DNA of 64,000 nt from an uncultured candidatus Porisulfidus sp. (GCA_965204575.1 OZ241993.1:672001-736000); one strand, 5' to 3'; numbered from the stretch's first letter, positions 41,691 to 52,026 are shown. Notes: generated from the sequence alone by a model not told the origin. Numbers and translations are program-made.

Positions 41691-42719
41691 TCAGCCGCGC
41701 GGCGGACAGACGTAATCTTTCTGGTACTTGCGGCCATGGGCCAGCAAGGCCCAGGCGATTCTCGCCTGCCGGTTGGCGACTGCCACCGCGGCGACGTTGA
41801 ACGGCTTGTTCCGCTTGATCTTCTCGACCCACTCGGGCAGCTCCCGGCCGTTGGCCAGCAGTGACCGGGCGCCATGGATCAGCAGCGTGCGCAGGTAGCG
41901 GTCGCCCCGCTTGCTGATGCCGAGAATGCGGGTCTTCCCGCCAGTGCCGCTGTGGCGCGGCACCAGCCCCAGCCAGGCCGCGAACTCCCGAGCGTTGCGG
42001 AACGCCCGCGCGTCTCCCGCGGCGGCGACCAGGGCGGTCGCGGTCAGCAGGCCGATGCCCGGCACCTCCCGCAGTCGCCGGCAAGCCTCATGGCTTGTGC
42101 ACCATGCCTCCAGCTTCCGCTCGACCCGCGCAATCGCCTCGTCGTGCTCGTGGACGCGACGCCACTGCGCGGATAACTCTTCCCGACCCATCTCCGGGAC
42201 TCGCCCAGCCAGCCGGTCCAGCACGCCTTCGATCTCCCGGCTCAGCCCGGCCCGTCCTTGCGGCATCACCTCCCCGTATTCGCCCAGCAGGCCGCGCAGG
42301 CTATTGATCGTCGCCGTGCGGAACTTCACCTGCTGCTGCCGCAGGCGGTGCAGCCCCAGAATCATCTGCTGCTCCTCGTCCTTGATCGCCACCGACTTCG
42401 ACCGCGGATGCTGCACCGCCGTCCAGATCGCCCGCGCATCCTGCACGTCGCTCTTGTTGCCGGTGACGAACGCCCGCACCGACTGCGCCGGCAACACGGT
42501 CACCTCGTGTCCCATCTGCCGGAACCGGCGCGCCCACTCCTGCGAACCGCCGCAGGCTTCCAACCCGATCCGGCAGGGCGCCCGGTTGGCAAAGTGCTCG
42601 ACGAACTTCTGCCGCGACAGCTTCAGATCGACCAGTTCGCCGCCGGCCTCCACCCAGTGCAGTTGGAACACGTGCTTCGCGGTATCCACGCCGACCACCG
42701 GTTTATTGCTATACTCCAT
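41691..42719 (-). CDS. IS110 family transposase/recombinase
   Basis: VGVDTAKHVF, GLEACG, KSDVQDA (DEDD RuvC-like); GLVPRHSGTGGK, GISKRGDRYLRTLLIHGAR. Confidence 0.96.
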   Translation of the reverse strand: MEYSNKPVVGVDTAKHVFQLHWVEAGGELVDLKLSRQKFVEHFANRAPCRIGLEACGGSQEWARRFRQMGHEVTVLPAQSVRAFVTGNKSDVQDARAIWTAVQHPRSKSVAIKDEEQQMILGLHRLRQQQVKFRTATINSLRGLLGEYGEVMPQGRAGLSREIEGVLDRLAGRVPEMGREELSAQWRRVHEHDEAIARVERKLEAWCTSHEACRRLREVPGIGLLTATALVAAAGDARAFRNAREFAAWLGLVPRHSGTGGKTRILGISKRGDRYLRTLLIHGARSLLANGRELPEWVEKIKRNKPFNVAAVAVANRQARIAWALLAHGRKYQKDYVCPPRG

Positions 42720-42861
42720 CTCGAATCCTCCAGTCTGGCTCGTTGAAGTCGCCTATTGTCCACCTTTGGTACCCTAGATGCCGTCCGGACTCACTGGAGG
42801 ATTCACCCTCTCCCAGTAATCCGGTCGCCAAGGCCAGGCGGCTTTCATACCATTTCCAATC

Positions 42862-43914
42862 ATGCCCGATTCGCTGCCGGATTTATCGCATGCCATCCGC
42901 CGGTGGGGCGGGGAACTGGGCTTTGACCAGGTGGGCATCACCGACCTGGATCTGGAAGAGCATGAGGTGCATTTGCTGAACTGGCTGGAACAGGGCCGGC
43001 ATGGCGAGATGGACTACATGCAGCGCCACGGAGTGCGCCGTTCGCGCCCCGGGGAGCTGGTGCCCGGAACGCAGCGGGTGATTTCGGTCCGGCTCAACTA
43101 CCTCCCGCACGGGTTTGATCGCGCCAAACAGGCACTGGCGGACCCCGCCTGCGGCTACGTATCCAGGTACGCTCTGGGCCGGGACTACCACAAGGTCCTG
43201 CGCGGCCGTCTGCGGAATCTGGTTCGACGAATCGAGGAAGCGGCCGGTTCCTTTGGCTACCGCGTGTTCACCGACAGTGCGCCGGTGCTTGAGAAGGCGC
43301 TGGCGGAGCGCGCCGGGCTGGGCTGGATCGGCAAGCACACCAACCTGCTGGCCAAGGATGCGGGATCCTGGTTCTTTCTGGGCGAGATCTACACGGACCT
43401 GCCGCTGACGCCCGACCCGCCGACCCGCGAAGAACATTGTGGGGATTGCCACGCCTGCATCGATGTCTGCCCGACCCAGGCGATCGTCGCGCCATACCAG
43501 TTGGACGCGCGCCGCTGCATCTCGTACTTGACGATTGAATTGAAAGGATCGATTCCCGTATCGCTGCGGCCATTGATCGGAAACCGGGTCTACGGCTGCG
43601 ACGATTGCCAGCTGGTCTGTCCGTGGAACCGTTACGCCCAACTGGCGGCCGTGGAAGATTTTCGGCCACGGGCCGTGCTGGAGGAATCGTCGCTGGTGGA
43701 AATGATGGCTTGGGAGGAAGAGGACTTCCTGCGTTACACCGAGGGTACGGCAATGCGCCGCATCGGCCACCTCCAGTGGCTGCGCAATGTCGCCGTGGCA
43801 CTGGGCAACGCCCCGCGAAACGAGACGGTTACCGCATCGTTGAAAGCTCGCTCCGGGCACCCCAGCCAACTGGTGCGCGAACACGTTTCATGGGCGCTGG
43901 AGCGCCACGCGTGA
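42862..43914 (+). CDS. queG: Epoxyqueuosine reductase
   Basis: SRYALGRDYHK, DSAPVLEK, GSWFFLGE, two 4Fe-4S Cys clusters, GCDDCQLVCPWN. Confidence 0.96.
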   Translation: MPDSLPDLSHAIRRWGGELGFDQVGITDLDLEEHEVHLLNWLEQGRHGEMDYMQRHGVRRSRPGELVPGTQRVISVRLNYLPHGFDRAKQALADPACGYVSRYALGRDYHKVLRGRLRNLVRRIEEAAGSFGYRVFTDSAPVLEKALAERAGLGWIGKHTNLLAKDAGSWFFLGEIYTDLPLTPDPPTREEHCGDCHACIDVCPTQAIVAPYQLDARRCISYLTIELKGSIPVSLRPLIGNRVYGCDDCQLVCPWNRYAQLAAVEDFRPRAVLEESSLVEMMAWEEEDFLRYTEGTAMRRIGHLQWLRNVAVALGNAPRNETVTASLKARSGHPSQLVREHVSWALERHA

Positions 43915-45620
43915 ACACCGTCTCCGAACATCTCCGGGCGTTGTACCCGGGTGCGGATGCGGATGCACTGCGGCAGAGGATTGCCGAGTGTTTTGAGCGG
44001 CACACATACCTGCCGTGCCGCCCGGATCGGGAGTGGTCGGAGAAGGACACGCTGCTGATTACCTATGCCGACACCCTGGCGGAGCCCGGGGTGGCGCCGC
44101 TGCGCACCTTGGCCGATTTCCTGGAGACCCGCCTGCAGGACACGTTCAGCGCAGTGCATCTGCTTCCCTACTTTCCGTTCACTTCGGACGACGGCTTCGC
44201 GGTCTCGTCCTACCGGGAAGTGCGCCCCGACCTGGGAGGCTGGGAGGACGTCTCCCGGATCGCCGAGAAATTCGACCTGATGACCGATCTGGTGCTCAAC
44301 CACTGTTCGCGGGAACACCCATTGGCGCGACGCCTGCTGTCCGGCGATGCGAGTGCGGAGCCTTGGTTTCACGTGGTGGATTCGGCGATAGACACCTCCA
44401 TGGTCGTCCGGCCGCGGGCGACCCCACTGGTTACGCCGCTGCCGGATGACCCGCAGGGCCGCGGGGTCTGGACCACGTTCAGCGACGATCAGCTGGACTT
44501 CAACTACCGCAATCCGGAAGTCCTGCTTGAGGTCATCGACGTGATGGCGCAGTACGTGGCCGCCGGCACGCGCCTGTTGCGGTTGGACGCGGTCGCCTAT
44601 CTGTGGAAGGAACCCGGGACGACCTGCATCCATTTGCCCCAGACGCATCGGATCATCCGGTTGCTTCATGCGATCCTCAGGGAGTATGCGCCGGGCTGTC
44701 GGCTGATCACGGAAACCAACGTTCCGCAACACGAGAACCTGAATTACTTCGGCGAGGGAGACGAGGCGGACCTGGTCTACCAGTTCGCACTGCCGTCCTT
44801 GGTGTTGCAGGCCCTGCATCGTGGCAGTTCCGTCTACCTGAACCGGTGGCTCCGCGATTGGCCGGAGTTGCCGCCGGGCTGTACGTTCCTGAATTTCATC
44901 GCCTCCCACGACGGCATCGGCGTGCGCCCGGTCGAGCGGATCGTCACTCCGGCGGAATTGGAGGATTTGCTGCAGACGATGCGCCGCTTCGGCGGGCGAA
45001 TCAGCACCCGGGCCGGCGACGACGGGTGCGAACATCCCTACGAGATCAACATCACGTTGTTCGATGCCTTGCGTGGCACCCGCTTCGGTGAAGATGATTT
45101 CCAGATCGCCCGGATGCTGTGCGCGCACGTCATTCTCCTGTCGCTGCCGGGGATTCCGGCGTTTTATATCCACAGCCTGCTGGCTTCGCCAAACGATGAG
45201 GAGAAGGCGCGCGAGACCGGACGTGCACGCTCGGTCAACCGCGGGCAATTGGATCGGGCAGCACTCGAACAGCAATTGGATGAGCCGGGGCACCCGAGGC
45301 GAGAGGTATTGGAGGCCCTGCTCGGCCTGATTCGCCTGCGGGCCGGGCAGCCTGCGTTCGCGCCACAGGCGTCGATGATGCCATTGACCCTCGGTTCAGG
45401 ATTCCTCGGCCTGATGCGGGAGTCGCCTGGGCAGAAGATTCTGGTGCTCTGCAACGTCACGCCACAGCCACAGCGCGTGAATTTGGACACGCACCCGCTG
45501 GGTGCGCCGCGTGCGGTGGACGACCTGATCGGCCGGAACAGGATTCGGGTCCCCCATCGCCACCTGAACCTGGAGTTGGAGCCGTACCAGTGCCTGTGGC
45601 TGGCGGCGGCCAGTCGCTAG
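43911..45620 (+). CDS. GH13 sugar phosphorylase (sucrose/glucosylglycerate phosphorylase-like)
   Basis: LITYAD, HLLPYFPFTSDDGF, WTTFSDDQLD, RLDAVAYLWK, ITETNVP, NFIASHDGIG. Confidence 0.88.
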   Translation: MNTVSEHLRALYPGADADALRQRIAECFERHTYLPCRPDREWSEKDTLLITYADTLAEPGVAPLRTLADFLETRLQDTFSAVHLLPYFPFTSDDGFAVSSYREVRPDLGGWEDVSRIAEKFDLMTDLVLNHCSREHPLARRLLSGDASAEPWFHVVDSAIDTSMVVRPRATPLVTPLPDDPQGRGVWTTFSDDQLDFNYRNPEVLLEVIDVMAQYVAAGTRLLRLDAVAYLWKEPGTTCIHLPQTHRIIRLLHAILREYAPGCRLITETNVPQHENLNYFGEGDEADLVYQFALPSLVLQALHRGSSVYLNRWLRDWPELPPGCTFLNFIASHDGIGVRPVERIVTPAELEDLLQTMRRFGGRISTRAGDDGCEHPYEINITLFDALRGTRFGEDDFQIARMLCAHVILLSLPGIPAFYIHSLLASPNDEEKARETGRARSVNRGQLDRAALEQQLDEPGHPRREVLEALLGLIRLRAGQPAFAPQASMMPLTLGSGFLGLMRESPGQKILVLCNVTPQPQRVNLDTHPLGAPRAVDDLIGRNRIRVPHRHLNLELEPYQCLWLAAASR

Positions 45621-45755
45621 ACTCTAGGTTTTTTGGTAGTATTGCGCGGGCTGTCCGGGGGTGTGATCCTTTGACAGCCTGTTTTACCGGCCGACCGGAG
45701 CTTCTCGCCTCTGATCGGCCTTTTGATTAGCCTGAGAACCAACGAGGAGAAATTC

Positions 45756-48059
45756 ATGGCGCATTGTGGAGTGATCTGCATGCAGATCTGCGGTTTTTCT
45801 CTCTCAGGTCTATTGGCTGTTACGGCGTTCCTGTTCACGACAGTGACCGTTCATGCACAGGAAATCATCACGGTGTTCGGTTCCAGGACGGTATTCCAGC
45901 ACGCCGGCGTCCCGACAGATACGCCCAACCTGATCCGTTTGGCACCGGGCGGCGCGGTCAGTCGCAACGGCGCCTTGACCAGCATCCCGCAATACCGGGG
46001 ATTGCATACCTACCGGGTCCAGACTCACCTGGACGGTCGCCAGCCGCATACGGCCGGACCCGCCTGGATGGACAGTCCGTTGCACTACATGCCGAGCTCC
46101 CTGATGGAATCGGTGCAGGTGCACCGGGGCATCGCGCCGGTCGGGGCCGGGTCCGCGATCGGCGGCTACATCGATGCGCTTTCGTACACCAGCCGATACA
46201 CCCTGTCGAAGGATTACGAATTCCACGCACGGTTGACGGCGGACAACCTCTCGTTCAACGACGGCAAGAATGCGAGCGTGTTCCTGTCGGTGGCGAACGA
46301 CCGCTCCCGATACCATGTGTACGGGGCACACGACCAGGGCGACGAGGCGAACAGCGCGGACGTCAAGATCCAGACCTCTCACTACAAGCGGGATTTCTTC
46401 GGGTTCGGCATGGGCCACCAACTGGGCGAGGGTGAACTGATGATCGACTACGCCCGGAACAATACCGGTGACGCCGGCGTTCCGGCCTTGCCGATGGACA
46501 TCCACTTCTACCATACGGACCTGATCAACCTGCGCTACCGCGGCGATACGGGAGAGTGGCACATGGAGGCGCAAATCCATTACCAGGAAACCGATCACGA
46601 CATGTCCAACTATGCACTGCGCGACCCCCCGGACTTCAGCCAGGCCAACATCCTGCCGCCGTTTCGCGGGACCGACAAACGCCTGGTGCTTGTAGACGGG
46701 CTTTCGATCGGGGGCAGACTGGCCGGGAGCCGTCCGTGGGGCGACGGGACCCTGCGCTTGGGGCTGGACTTCAGGCAGAGTGAGAACGGGGCGACCGTCT
46801 TCGATCCGGATGCGCCTCCTTTCTTCGTCGAAAACTTCGATGACACGACAACGGACGAATACGGGGCATTCATCGAATGGAGCGGCGATCTCACGGGCCC
46901 GTGGAGCGGCGAATTCGGCGTCCGGGTCCACCACACCCGTACCGATGCCGACACCGTCGAACATTTCCGGCCGACCTGCCAGATGCTTTTGCGGGTCAAC
47001 GCCGATCTGATGAATCCCTATGGCCCGGACGGGGCAAAGACGCAGGCGATTGAAGATGCCGGGGGGTGCGATGTTGCCGTCCCGAGCGTTTGGATGCCGC
47101 CTCCGGCGATGTCGGTCGGCATGTTGAGCGGGCGCTTCAACCGGGCCGACCGCAGCCAAACGGACACGGAAATCGACGCCACGGCTGTATTCCGTTACGA
47201 CTGGGGCGAATCGACGGAATTGGAGTTCGGCCTGGCGCACAAGACCCGGGCGCCGGCCTACATGGAACGCTACCTGTGGGTTCCGCTCGAGATCAACGCG
47301 GGCTTGGGTGACGGCAACAATTACGTGGGCGACGTCAACCTCAAACCGGAGAATTCCTGGCAAATCGAGTTGGGCCTGAACTGGGAAGACAGTGGAAAGA
47401 AATTCTCGCCGCGCATCTTCGCGCGCCGGGTCGACGACTACATCACCGGGATCCCGGCCACGGACGAACACATCATCCGGGTCAGCCGCGTGCTCAACGG
47501 CGATCCGACCCCGGTTCAGTTCGCCAATGTCGATGCCGAATTCTATGGGGCCGACACGGTGTTCGGATTCCCGCTGACGGAGGAGTGGCGGCTAGACGGC
47601 ACGGTCAGCTATGTACGCGGCAAGCTGCGGGAGTCCTTCCAGAGCCAGAGACGGGCGGATGGCACAACCCGCACGATCCGGGACGACAGTATCTACCGCA
47701 TGCCGCCGCTGCGCGGCCTGCTGTCCGCCTCGCGCACCCTGGACGACTGGGTGGTGTCGGTGGAGGTGGACTGGGCGGCGCGCCAGTCCAAGATCTCGCA
47801 ACTCATGCTGGATGACCCTCAAAGCGGCAACAATCACAACCGACCGACTTCGGGGTACGCGTTGTACAACCTGCGCACCCAGTACATGCACCCGTCTATG
47901 GGCTTTATGCTCTCTGTCGGCGTGGAGAACCTGACGGATCGCATGTACGTCGACCACATGGACGGCTTCAATCGGGTCAGCGGGGGAGAACTGGCGGTCG
48001 GCGAGCGCCTGCCAGGGCCGGGGCGAAATATCTACGCCCGGATCAACTGGGAGTGGTGA
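45756..48059 (+). CDS. TonB-dependent outer-membrane receptor (possibly copper/metal)
   Basis: GAGGAG RBS, signal peptide, plug GPAWMDSPLHY, LKPE, NLTDRMY, GPGRN, terminal W. Confidence 0.88.
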   Translation: MAHCGVICMQICGFSLSGLLAVTAFLFTTVTVHAQEIITVFGSRTVFQHAGVPTDTPNLIRLAPGGAVSRNGALTSIPQYRGLHTYRVQTHLDGRQPHTAGPAWMDSPLHYMPSSLMESVQVHRGIAPVGAGSAIGGYIDALSYTSRYTLSKDYEFHARLTADNLSFNDGKNASVFLSVANDRSRYHVYGAHDQGDEANSADVKIQTSHYKRDFFGFGMGHQLGEGELMIDYARNNTGDAGVPALPMDIHFYHTDLINLRYRGDTGEWHMEAQIHYQETDHDMSNYALRDPPDFSQANILPPFRGTDKRLVLVDGLSIGGRLAGSRPWGDGTLRLGLDFRQSENGATVFDPDAPPFFVENFDDTTTDEYGAFIEWSGDLTGPWSGEFGVRVHHTRTDADTVEHFRPTCQMLLRVNADLMNPYGPDGAKTQAIEDAGGCDVAVPSVWMPPPAMSVGMLSGRFNRADRSQTDTEIDATAVFRYDWGESTELEFGLAHKTRAPAYMERYLWVPLEINAGLGDGNNYVGDVNLKPENSWQIELGLNWEDSGKKFSPRIFARRVDDYITGIPATDEHIIRVSRVLNGDPTPVQFANVDAEFYGADTVFGFPLTEEWRLDGTVSYVRGKLRESFQSQRRADGTTRTIRDDSIYRMPPLRGLLSASRTLDDWVVSVEVDWAARQSKISQLMLDDPQSGNNHNRPTSGYALYNLRTQYMHPSMGFMLSVGVENLTDRMYVDHMDGFNRVSGGELAVGERLPGPGRNIYARINWEW

Positions 48060-48089
48060 ACGCGGCCGTGACCGGCCGCCCGAATGGCA

Positions 48090-48117
48090 GTAGGCCTTGC
48101 CGCCGTGCGGGGCCTAC
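48090..48117. terminator. Hairpin between the convergent TonB receptor and fur genes
   Basis: GTAGGCC-TTGC-cgccgt-GCGG-GGCCTAC stem-loop; no clear U-tract. Confidence 0.4.
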
Positions 48118-48539
48118 TTGTTCCGGCAGAAGTCTTTCGACTTGCAGACGCCGTACAGGTACAGGGAGTGGCTTTGCAGGTCGAAATGGTTCTGCTGGAT
48201 GATCTCCTTGAGATGCTCGACGAGTTCGGGATACTCGAATTCGATGACTGCGTTGCACTCCGTGCAGATCAGGTGCTCGTGCGGGGATTCGTCGTTGAGC
48301 TCGTAGACGGCCCGGCCCGCGTCGAAGTTGTGCCGGACCACTAGGCCCGCCTGTTCGAACTGGGTCAGGACCCGGTACACGGTCGCAAGGCCGATGTCTT
48401 CGTTGGCATCCAGCAGCTTGCGATAGAGGTCTTCGGCCGACACGTGCCGCACATCGCTGTTTTCCAGCACGGCCAAGATTTTCAGCCGGGGGACGGTGCT
48501 CTTGAGGCCCGCCTTGCGCAATCCGTCGTCGCTGGACAT
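48114..48539 (-). CDS. fur: Ferric uptake regulator
   Basis: LRKAGLKSTVPRLKIL, IGLATVYRVLTQFEQAG, HEHLICTEC. Confidence 0.95.
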   Translation of the reverse strand: MSSDDGLRKAGLKSTVPRLKILAVLENSDVRHVSAEDLYRKLLDANEDIGLATVYRVLTQFEQAGLVVRHNFDAGRAVYELNDESPHEHLICTECNAVIEFEYPELVEHLKEIIQQNHFDLQSHSLYLYGVCKSKDFCRNK

Positions 48540-48663
48540 GTGGGAACCTCCGCTAGTCAAGGGGACTTCATACTCTAGCATAGAGAAGTGTTGGGAAGGG
48601 GCTCGTGTCATTCTAAAATTGTTCGTGCGAAGACCGAGCCCGGGAGGCTCCGAGGAGAAACTG

Positions 48664-48873
48664 ATGAGTGAAGAAAACCGGAAAGACATCCGCATGCTGC
48701 TGAAGCGGTTCGGGGTGCAGGCGGACGAGGCCATCGTCCGGCATCTGGCGGTTCTGGGAGGTGGTGTGCCCCTGCGGTTGCGCTGCACGCTGGAAGACCT
48801 GACCGATTACGGCGACCGCTCCCCGGACTCGCCGTTGAGCGTGGTGATCGAAGGAGAAATCCAGGCGGAGTGA
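48664..48873 (+). CDS. Small hypothetical protein (DUF6494-like)
   Basis: GAGGAG RBS before ATG; IRMLLKRFGV...VIEGEI. Confidence 0.55.
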   Translation: MSEENRKDIRMLLKRFGVQADEAIVRHLAVLGGGVPLRLRCTLEDLTDYGDRSPDSPLSVVIEGEIQAE

Positions 48874-48879
48874 CCGCGC

Positions 48880-49479
48880 CTATTGGTGCGCGCGGATCAG
48901 CAGCGTCTCGATCCGGTTGTCACGGAGCCGCTTGCGCACTTCGCGTAGCTGCGCGAGGTTCTTGTAGGGTCCGACCCGAACCCGATGCCAGGTGTCGCGG
49001 TCGAGGGTGACGGACTGGATGGACGCTTCGGTTCCGAGCAGGATGACCTGAGCCCTCATGCCGTTGGCGTCGTCAAGATTGCGGAAAGAGCCGACCTGCA
49101 AGTAGTAGACGCCCTCGGGCACGGGCTTGGCTTTCTTGTCGCCTGGTTTCGGTTCTTTTTTGGCGGGTGGTTCCGGGTCCGGCACCACGACCTCCTGGTT
49201 GGGCAGGATGGTGTAGAAGTCGAACCGCGGCGTTTCCGCTGGCTTCGCTGCGGCCATCTTCGGTGGCTGCGCATTACCCCACAAGGTGTTCCATTCCACT
49301 TCCTTCGCCACGTTGAACGCCAGCACGCTGACGACCCCGGTCAGTAGACCGCCGCCGAGCAGGAGCCATGGGGGCAGGGGCTTGCGTGCGCGCGTTTTGC
49401 GTTTTTTGGCGGTCGGTCGCCGCTTGGTGGTCGCGGGACGTCGTTTCGGGGCCGCAGTGCGTTTTTTGGGGGCCGCCAT
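48880..49479 (-). CDS. SPOR-domain cell division protein (FtsN-like)
   Basis: Basic N-terminus, single TM, PRFDFYTILP, YYLQVGSF..WHRVRVGP; follows argS. Confidence 0.88.
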   Translation of the reverse strand: MAAPKKRTAAPKRRPATTKRRPTAKKRKTRARKPLPPWLLLGGGLLTGVVSVLAFNVAKEVEWNTLWGNAQPPKMAAAKPAETPRFDFYTILPNQEVVVPDPEPPAKKEPKPGDKKAKPVPEGVYYLQVGSFRNLDDANGMRAQVILLGTEASIQSVTLDRDTWHRVRVGPYKNLAQLREVRKRLRDNRIETLLIRAHQ

Positions 49480-51233
49480 CACATGCTCTCGGGGGCGTCG
49501 ATGTTCAACAGGTTCAGGCCATTGCCGAGCGTCTGGCGTACCGCCATGATCAGCCGGAGCCGGGCCTGGCACTCGGGAATCTCATCGACCAACACGGCAA
49601 CGGCATTATAGTAAGCGTGAAATTCCTGAGCCAGTTTGCGCAGGTAGACGGTCAGATGATGCGGTTCGCGCTCCCGGGCCGAACGCAGGACCGCGTCCGG
49701 GTAGCGTGACAACTGTTTCTGCAATGCGCGTTCGCCCTCGTCGGTCAGCGATGACAGGTCGCAAGGGTCCTCGGGAATGTTGATGTCCTCATCTTCCGCC
49801 CGTTCCAGGATGCTGCAGATCCGTGCGTGTGCGTACTGCACGTAGTAGACCGGGTTGTCCACGCTTTGTTCGGTGGCCAGCTGAAGGTCGAAGTCCAGGT
49901 GCTGGTCCGATTTACGCATGACGTAGAAGAAGCGTGCCGCATCCTGTCCGACTTCGCGCTGCAGCGACTGCAGGGTCACGAACTCCCCGCTGCGTGTCGA
50001 CATCGAGATTTTTTGCTTGCCTCGGTACAGGCTGGCGAACTGGACCAGCAGGATTTCCAGCCGTTCGGGGTCGATCCCGAGCGCCTGGAGCGCGGCACGC
50101 ACCCGCCCCGCGTAGCCGTGATGGTCCGCCCCCCAGATATTGATCGCGGTGCCGTAGCCGCGCGCCATCTTGTCGGCATGATAGGCGATGTCGGTCGCGA
50201 AGTACGTCCACTGCCCGTTGCTTCTCTGGACGACGCGATCCTTTTCGTCGCCGAATTCGCTTGAACGGAACCAGAGGGCACCCTCCAGTTCGTACAGGTG
50301 GCCGGCCTCCCGCAGTTGCGCGATGGTTTGCTCGACCTTGCCGTCGTCCAGCAGTTCGCGCTCGGACTGCCAATGATCGAAACTTGCGCCGAAATGATCC
50401 AGATCGCGGCGGATGCGTTCGAGCAGCGTGTCGACCGCGTCCGAGGCCAACTCGGCCCAGATCGTTTCGTCGAGGAAATCCCGGGCTCGAAGGATCAGGA
50501 AGTCCAGGTACATGTTGTGCCCGTCCTCGTCCGGCCCGTCGTCCGGTGCGCCCGCCCGGATGTTTTCGAACGAGGCCCGCCACACGTCGCCACGAGCACG
50601 GTGGCAGTCGGCCGCGATGTCGAGGATATAGTCGCCCTGGTATCCGGCTTCCGGGAAGATCACGGGTTCTCCGCACAGTTCCAGGTAACGCAGCCAGACG
50701 GAAATCGCCAGGATGTCCATTTGTCGGCCGGCGTCGTTGATGAAGTATTCACACTCGACCGTATGGCCGGCCGCTTCGAGAATCCGGGCGAGGCAGGAGC
50801 CGAGCGCGGCCCCGCGGCCGTGTCCGACATGCAGGGGGCCGGTCGGGTTGGCGGAGACGTATTCGATCAGGATGCGCTGTTCGCTGCCGGGCGGCCGGGT
50901 TCCGTAATTCGTCGCTTGGTTCAGGATCTGGTCGACGATGTCCGCCTTGGCTTCAGGCCGCAACTGGAAGTTGATGAATCCCGGGCCTGCCACTTCCGCG
51001 GCCAACAGGTCCGGGTTCTCCGGCAGGTTCTGGATGATCCGCTCGGCCAGTTCGCGTGCATCGAGATTTGCTTCCCGCGCCAAGGCAAGGGCGAGGTTGC
51101 AGGCGTAATCTCCATGTCTCGGATCCTTGGTCGACACGACCTCGATGCGGTCGGGGTTCGGGTCGGGCAATAGGCCCTGCTGGTGCAGGGTCTGCCACGC
51201 CTGGGTCAGGTTGGCGACAAGAGTAACTTTCAC
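49479..51233 (-). CDS. argS: Arginine--tRNA ligase
   Basis: HGDYACN, AGPGFINF, EYVSANPTGPLHVGHGR, WGADHHGY, MSTRSG, YVQYAHAR; start placed at GTG 51233. Confidence 0.97.
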   Translation of the reverse strand: MKVTLVANLTQAWQTLHQQGLLPDPNPDRIEVVSTKDPRHGDYACNLALALAREANLDARELAERIIQNLPENPDLLAAEVAGPGFINFQLRPEAKADIVDQILNQATNYGTRPPGSEQRILIEYVSANPTGPLHVGHGRGAALGSCLARILEAAGHTVECEYFINDAGRQMDILAISVWLRYLELCGEPVIFPEAGYQGDYILDIAADCHRARGDVWRASFENIRAGAPDDGPDEDGHNMYLDFLILRARDFLDETIWAELASDAVDTLLERIRRDLDHFGASFDHWQSERELLDDGKVEQTIAQLREAGHLYELEGALWFRSSEFGDEKDRVVQRSNGQWTYFATDIAYHADKMARGYGTAINIWGADHHGYAGRVRAALQALGIDPERLEILLVQFASLYRGKQKISMSTRSGEFVTLQSLQREVGQDAARFFYVMRKSDQHLDFDLQLATEQSVDNPVYYVQYAHARICSILERAEDEDINIPEDPCDLSSLTDEGERALQKQLSRYPDAVLRSAREREPHHLTVYLRKLAQEFHAYYNAVAVLVDEIPECQARLRLIMAVRQTLGNGLNLLNIDAPESM

Positions 51234-51286
51234 GGGATTGACCGGTAAGAGGGGCGTAGTGTAACGCCATGCTTTAAAATTACCAG

Positions 51287-52021
51287 ATGCGCCTAGCGGT
51301 ATTGGCCTTTTTCCTGATTTCCGGTTACGCGTTTGCCTTTTTCGAGGCAGACCCGGCGGGAGAATGGCTGCGTGATGATGCGCCGCACGTGTACCTGGTA
51401 CGCCAGGGAGAAGCCGAGGCAGACGCGGCACGGCGTTTCGTCAAGGACCCGCAGGACTGGCCGGAAGTGTGGTGCCCGTGGCCGGGGTACGAGCCGCCGG
51501 TGCCGGTCGGTCCGGGAGACCTTCTGGTTCGCGTGCGGGTCAATGGGCGCAGTTGGATCCAGCGCGCCCGGCTTGGCAACGGCGACCAACCGCACGCCCG
51601 GGCATTGGAGGCTTTCAATGTCGGCGAAATCGAGCCTTTCATCTGGATCCCGGATGCGCGGGCGCACCCGCCGCAGCACCTCGAGATCGACTTGACCGAA
51701 ATCGTCGTGCATGAACCGGCGCGGGCGATCCACCGCAGGATTTCGAGGTTCTGGCCGGGCAGCGAGACGCAGCCTCTTCCGGTGGTTCGCCTGAACGCGG
51801 GCAGCCTGGAGTTCCTGTCGGTCGGCATGGCGCTGACGGTAGTCCCGGCCGGGGAAGAGGCAGAGCCGGCATCTTGGCTTCGAGCCGTGGTGGCGGCGGT
51901 CTTTCCCAGTTACAGTTATGCGCTGTTGCTGGAGCCTGAAGCCGTTGCCGCGCCGGGGGATTCGGTGCGCAGTCCGACGGCGTGGTGCTTCCGGCGCGAT
52001 TCTGTCCCGGCTTCCGAATAG
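51287..52021 (+). CDS. Degenerate LysM-domain (TsaP-like) exported protein
   Basis: Signal peptide; LRDDAPHVYLVRQGE....ARRFVKDPQDWPEVW resembles the LysM/TsaP N-terminus. Confidence 0.55.
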   Translation: MRLAVLAFFLISGYAFAFFEADPAGEWLRDDAPHVYLVRQGEAEADAARRFVKDPQDWPEVWCPWPGYEPPVPVGPGDLLVRVRVNGRSWIQRARLGNGDQPHARALEAFNVGEIEPFIWIPDARAHPPQHLEIDLTEIVVHEPARAIHRRISRFWPGSETQPLPVVRLNAGSLEFLSVGMALTVVPAGEEAEPASWLRAVVAAVFPSYSYALLLEPEAVAAPGDSVRSPTAWCFRRDSVPASE

Positions 52022-52026
52022 GTTTG

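Larger units (their letters stand above)
41406..42855 (-). mobile_element. IS110 family, IS1111-type insertion sequence (about 1450 bp)
   Basis: Transposase plus sub-terminal inverted repeats TATGAAGGCCGCCTG (41408-41422) and CAGGCGGCTTTCATA (42835-42849), 14/15 match; ends set using the IS1111 rule of 7 and 3 nt outside the IRs. Confidence 0.85.

Noticed and set aside
43734-47471. 519-aa and 553-aa minus-strand ORFs
   Set aside because: Antisense shadows of the GH13 phosphorylase and the TonB receptor.
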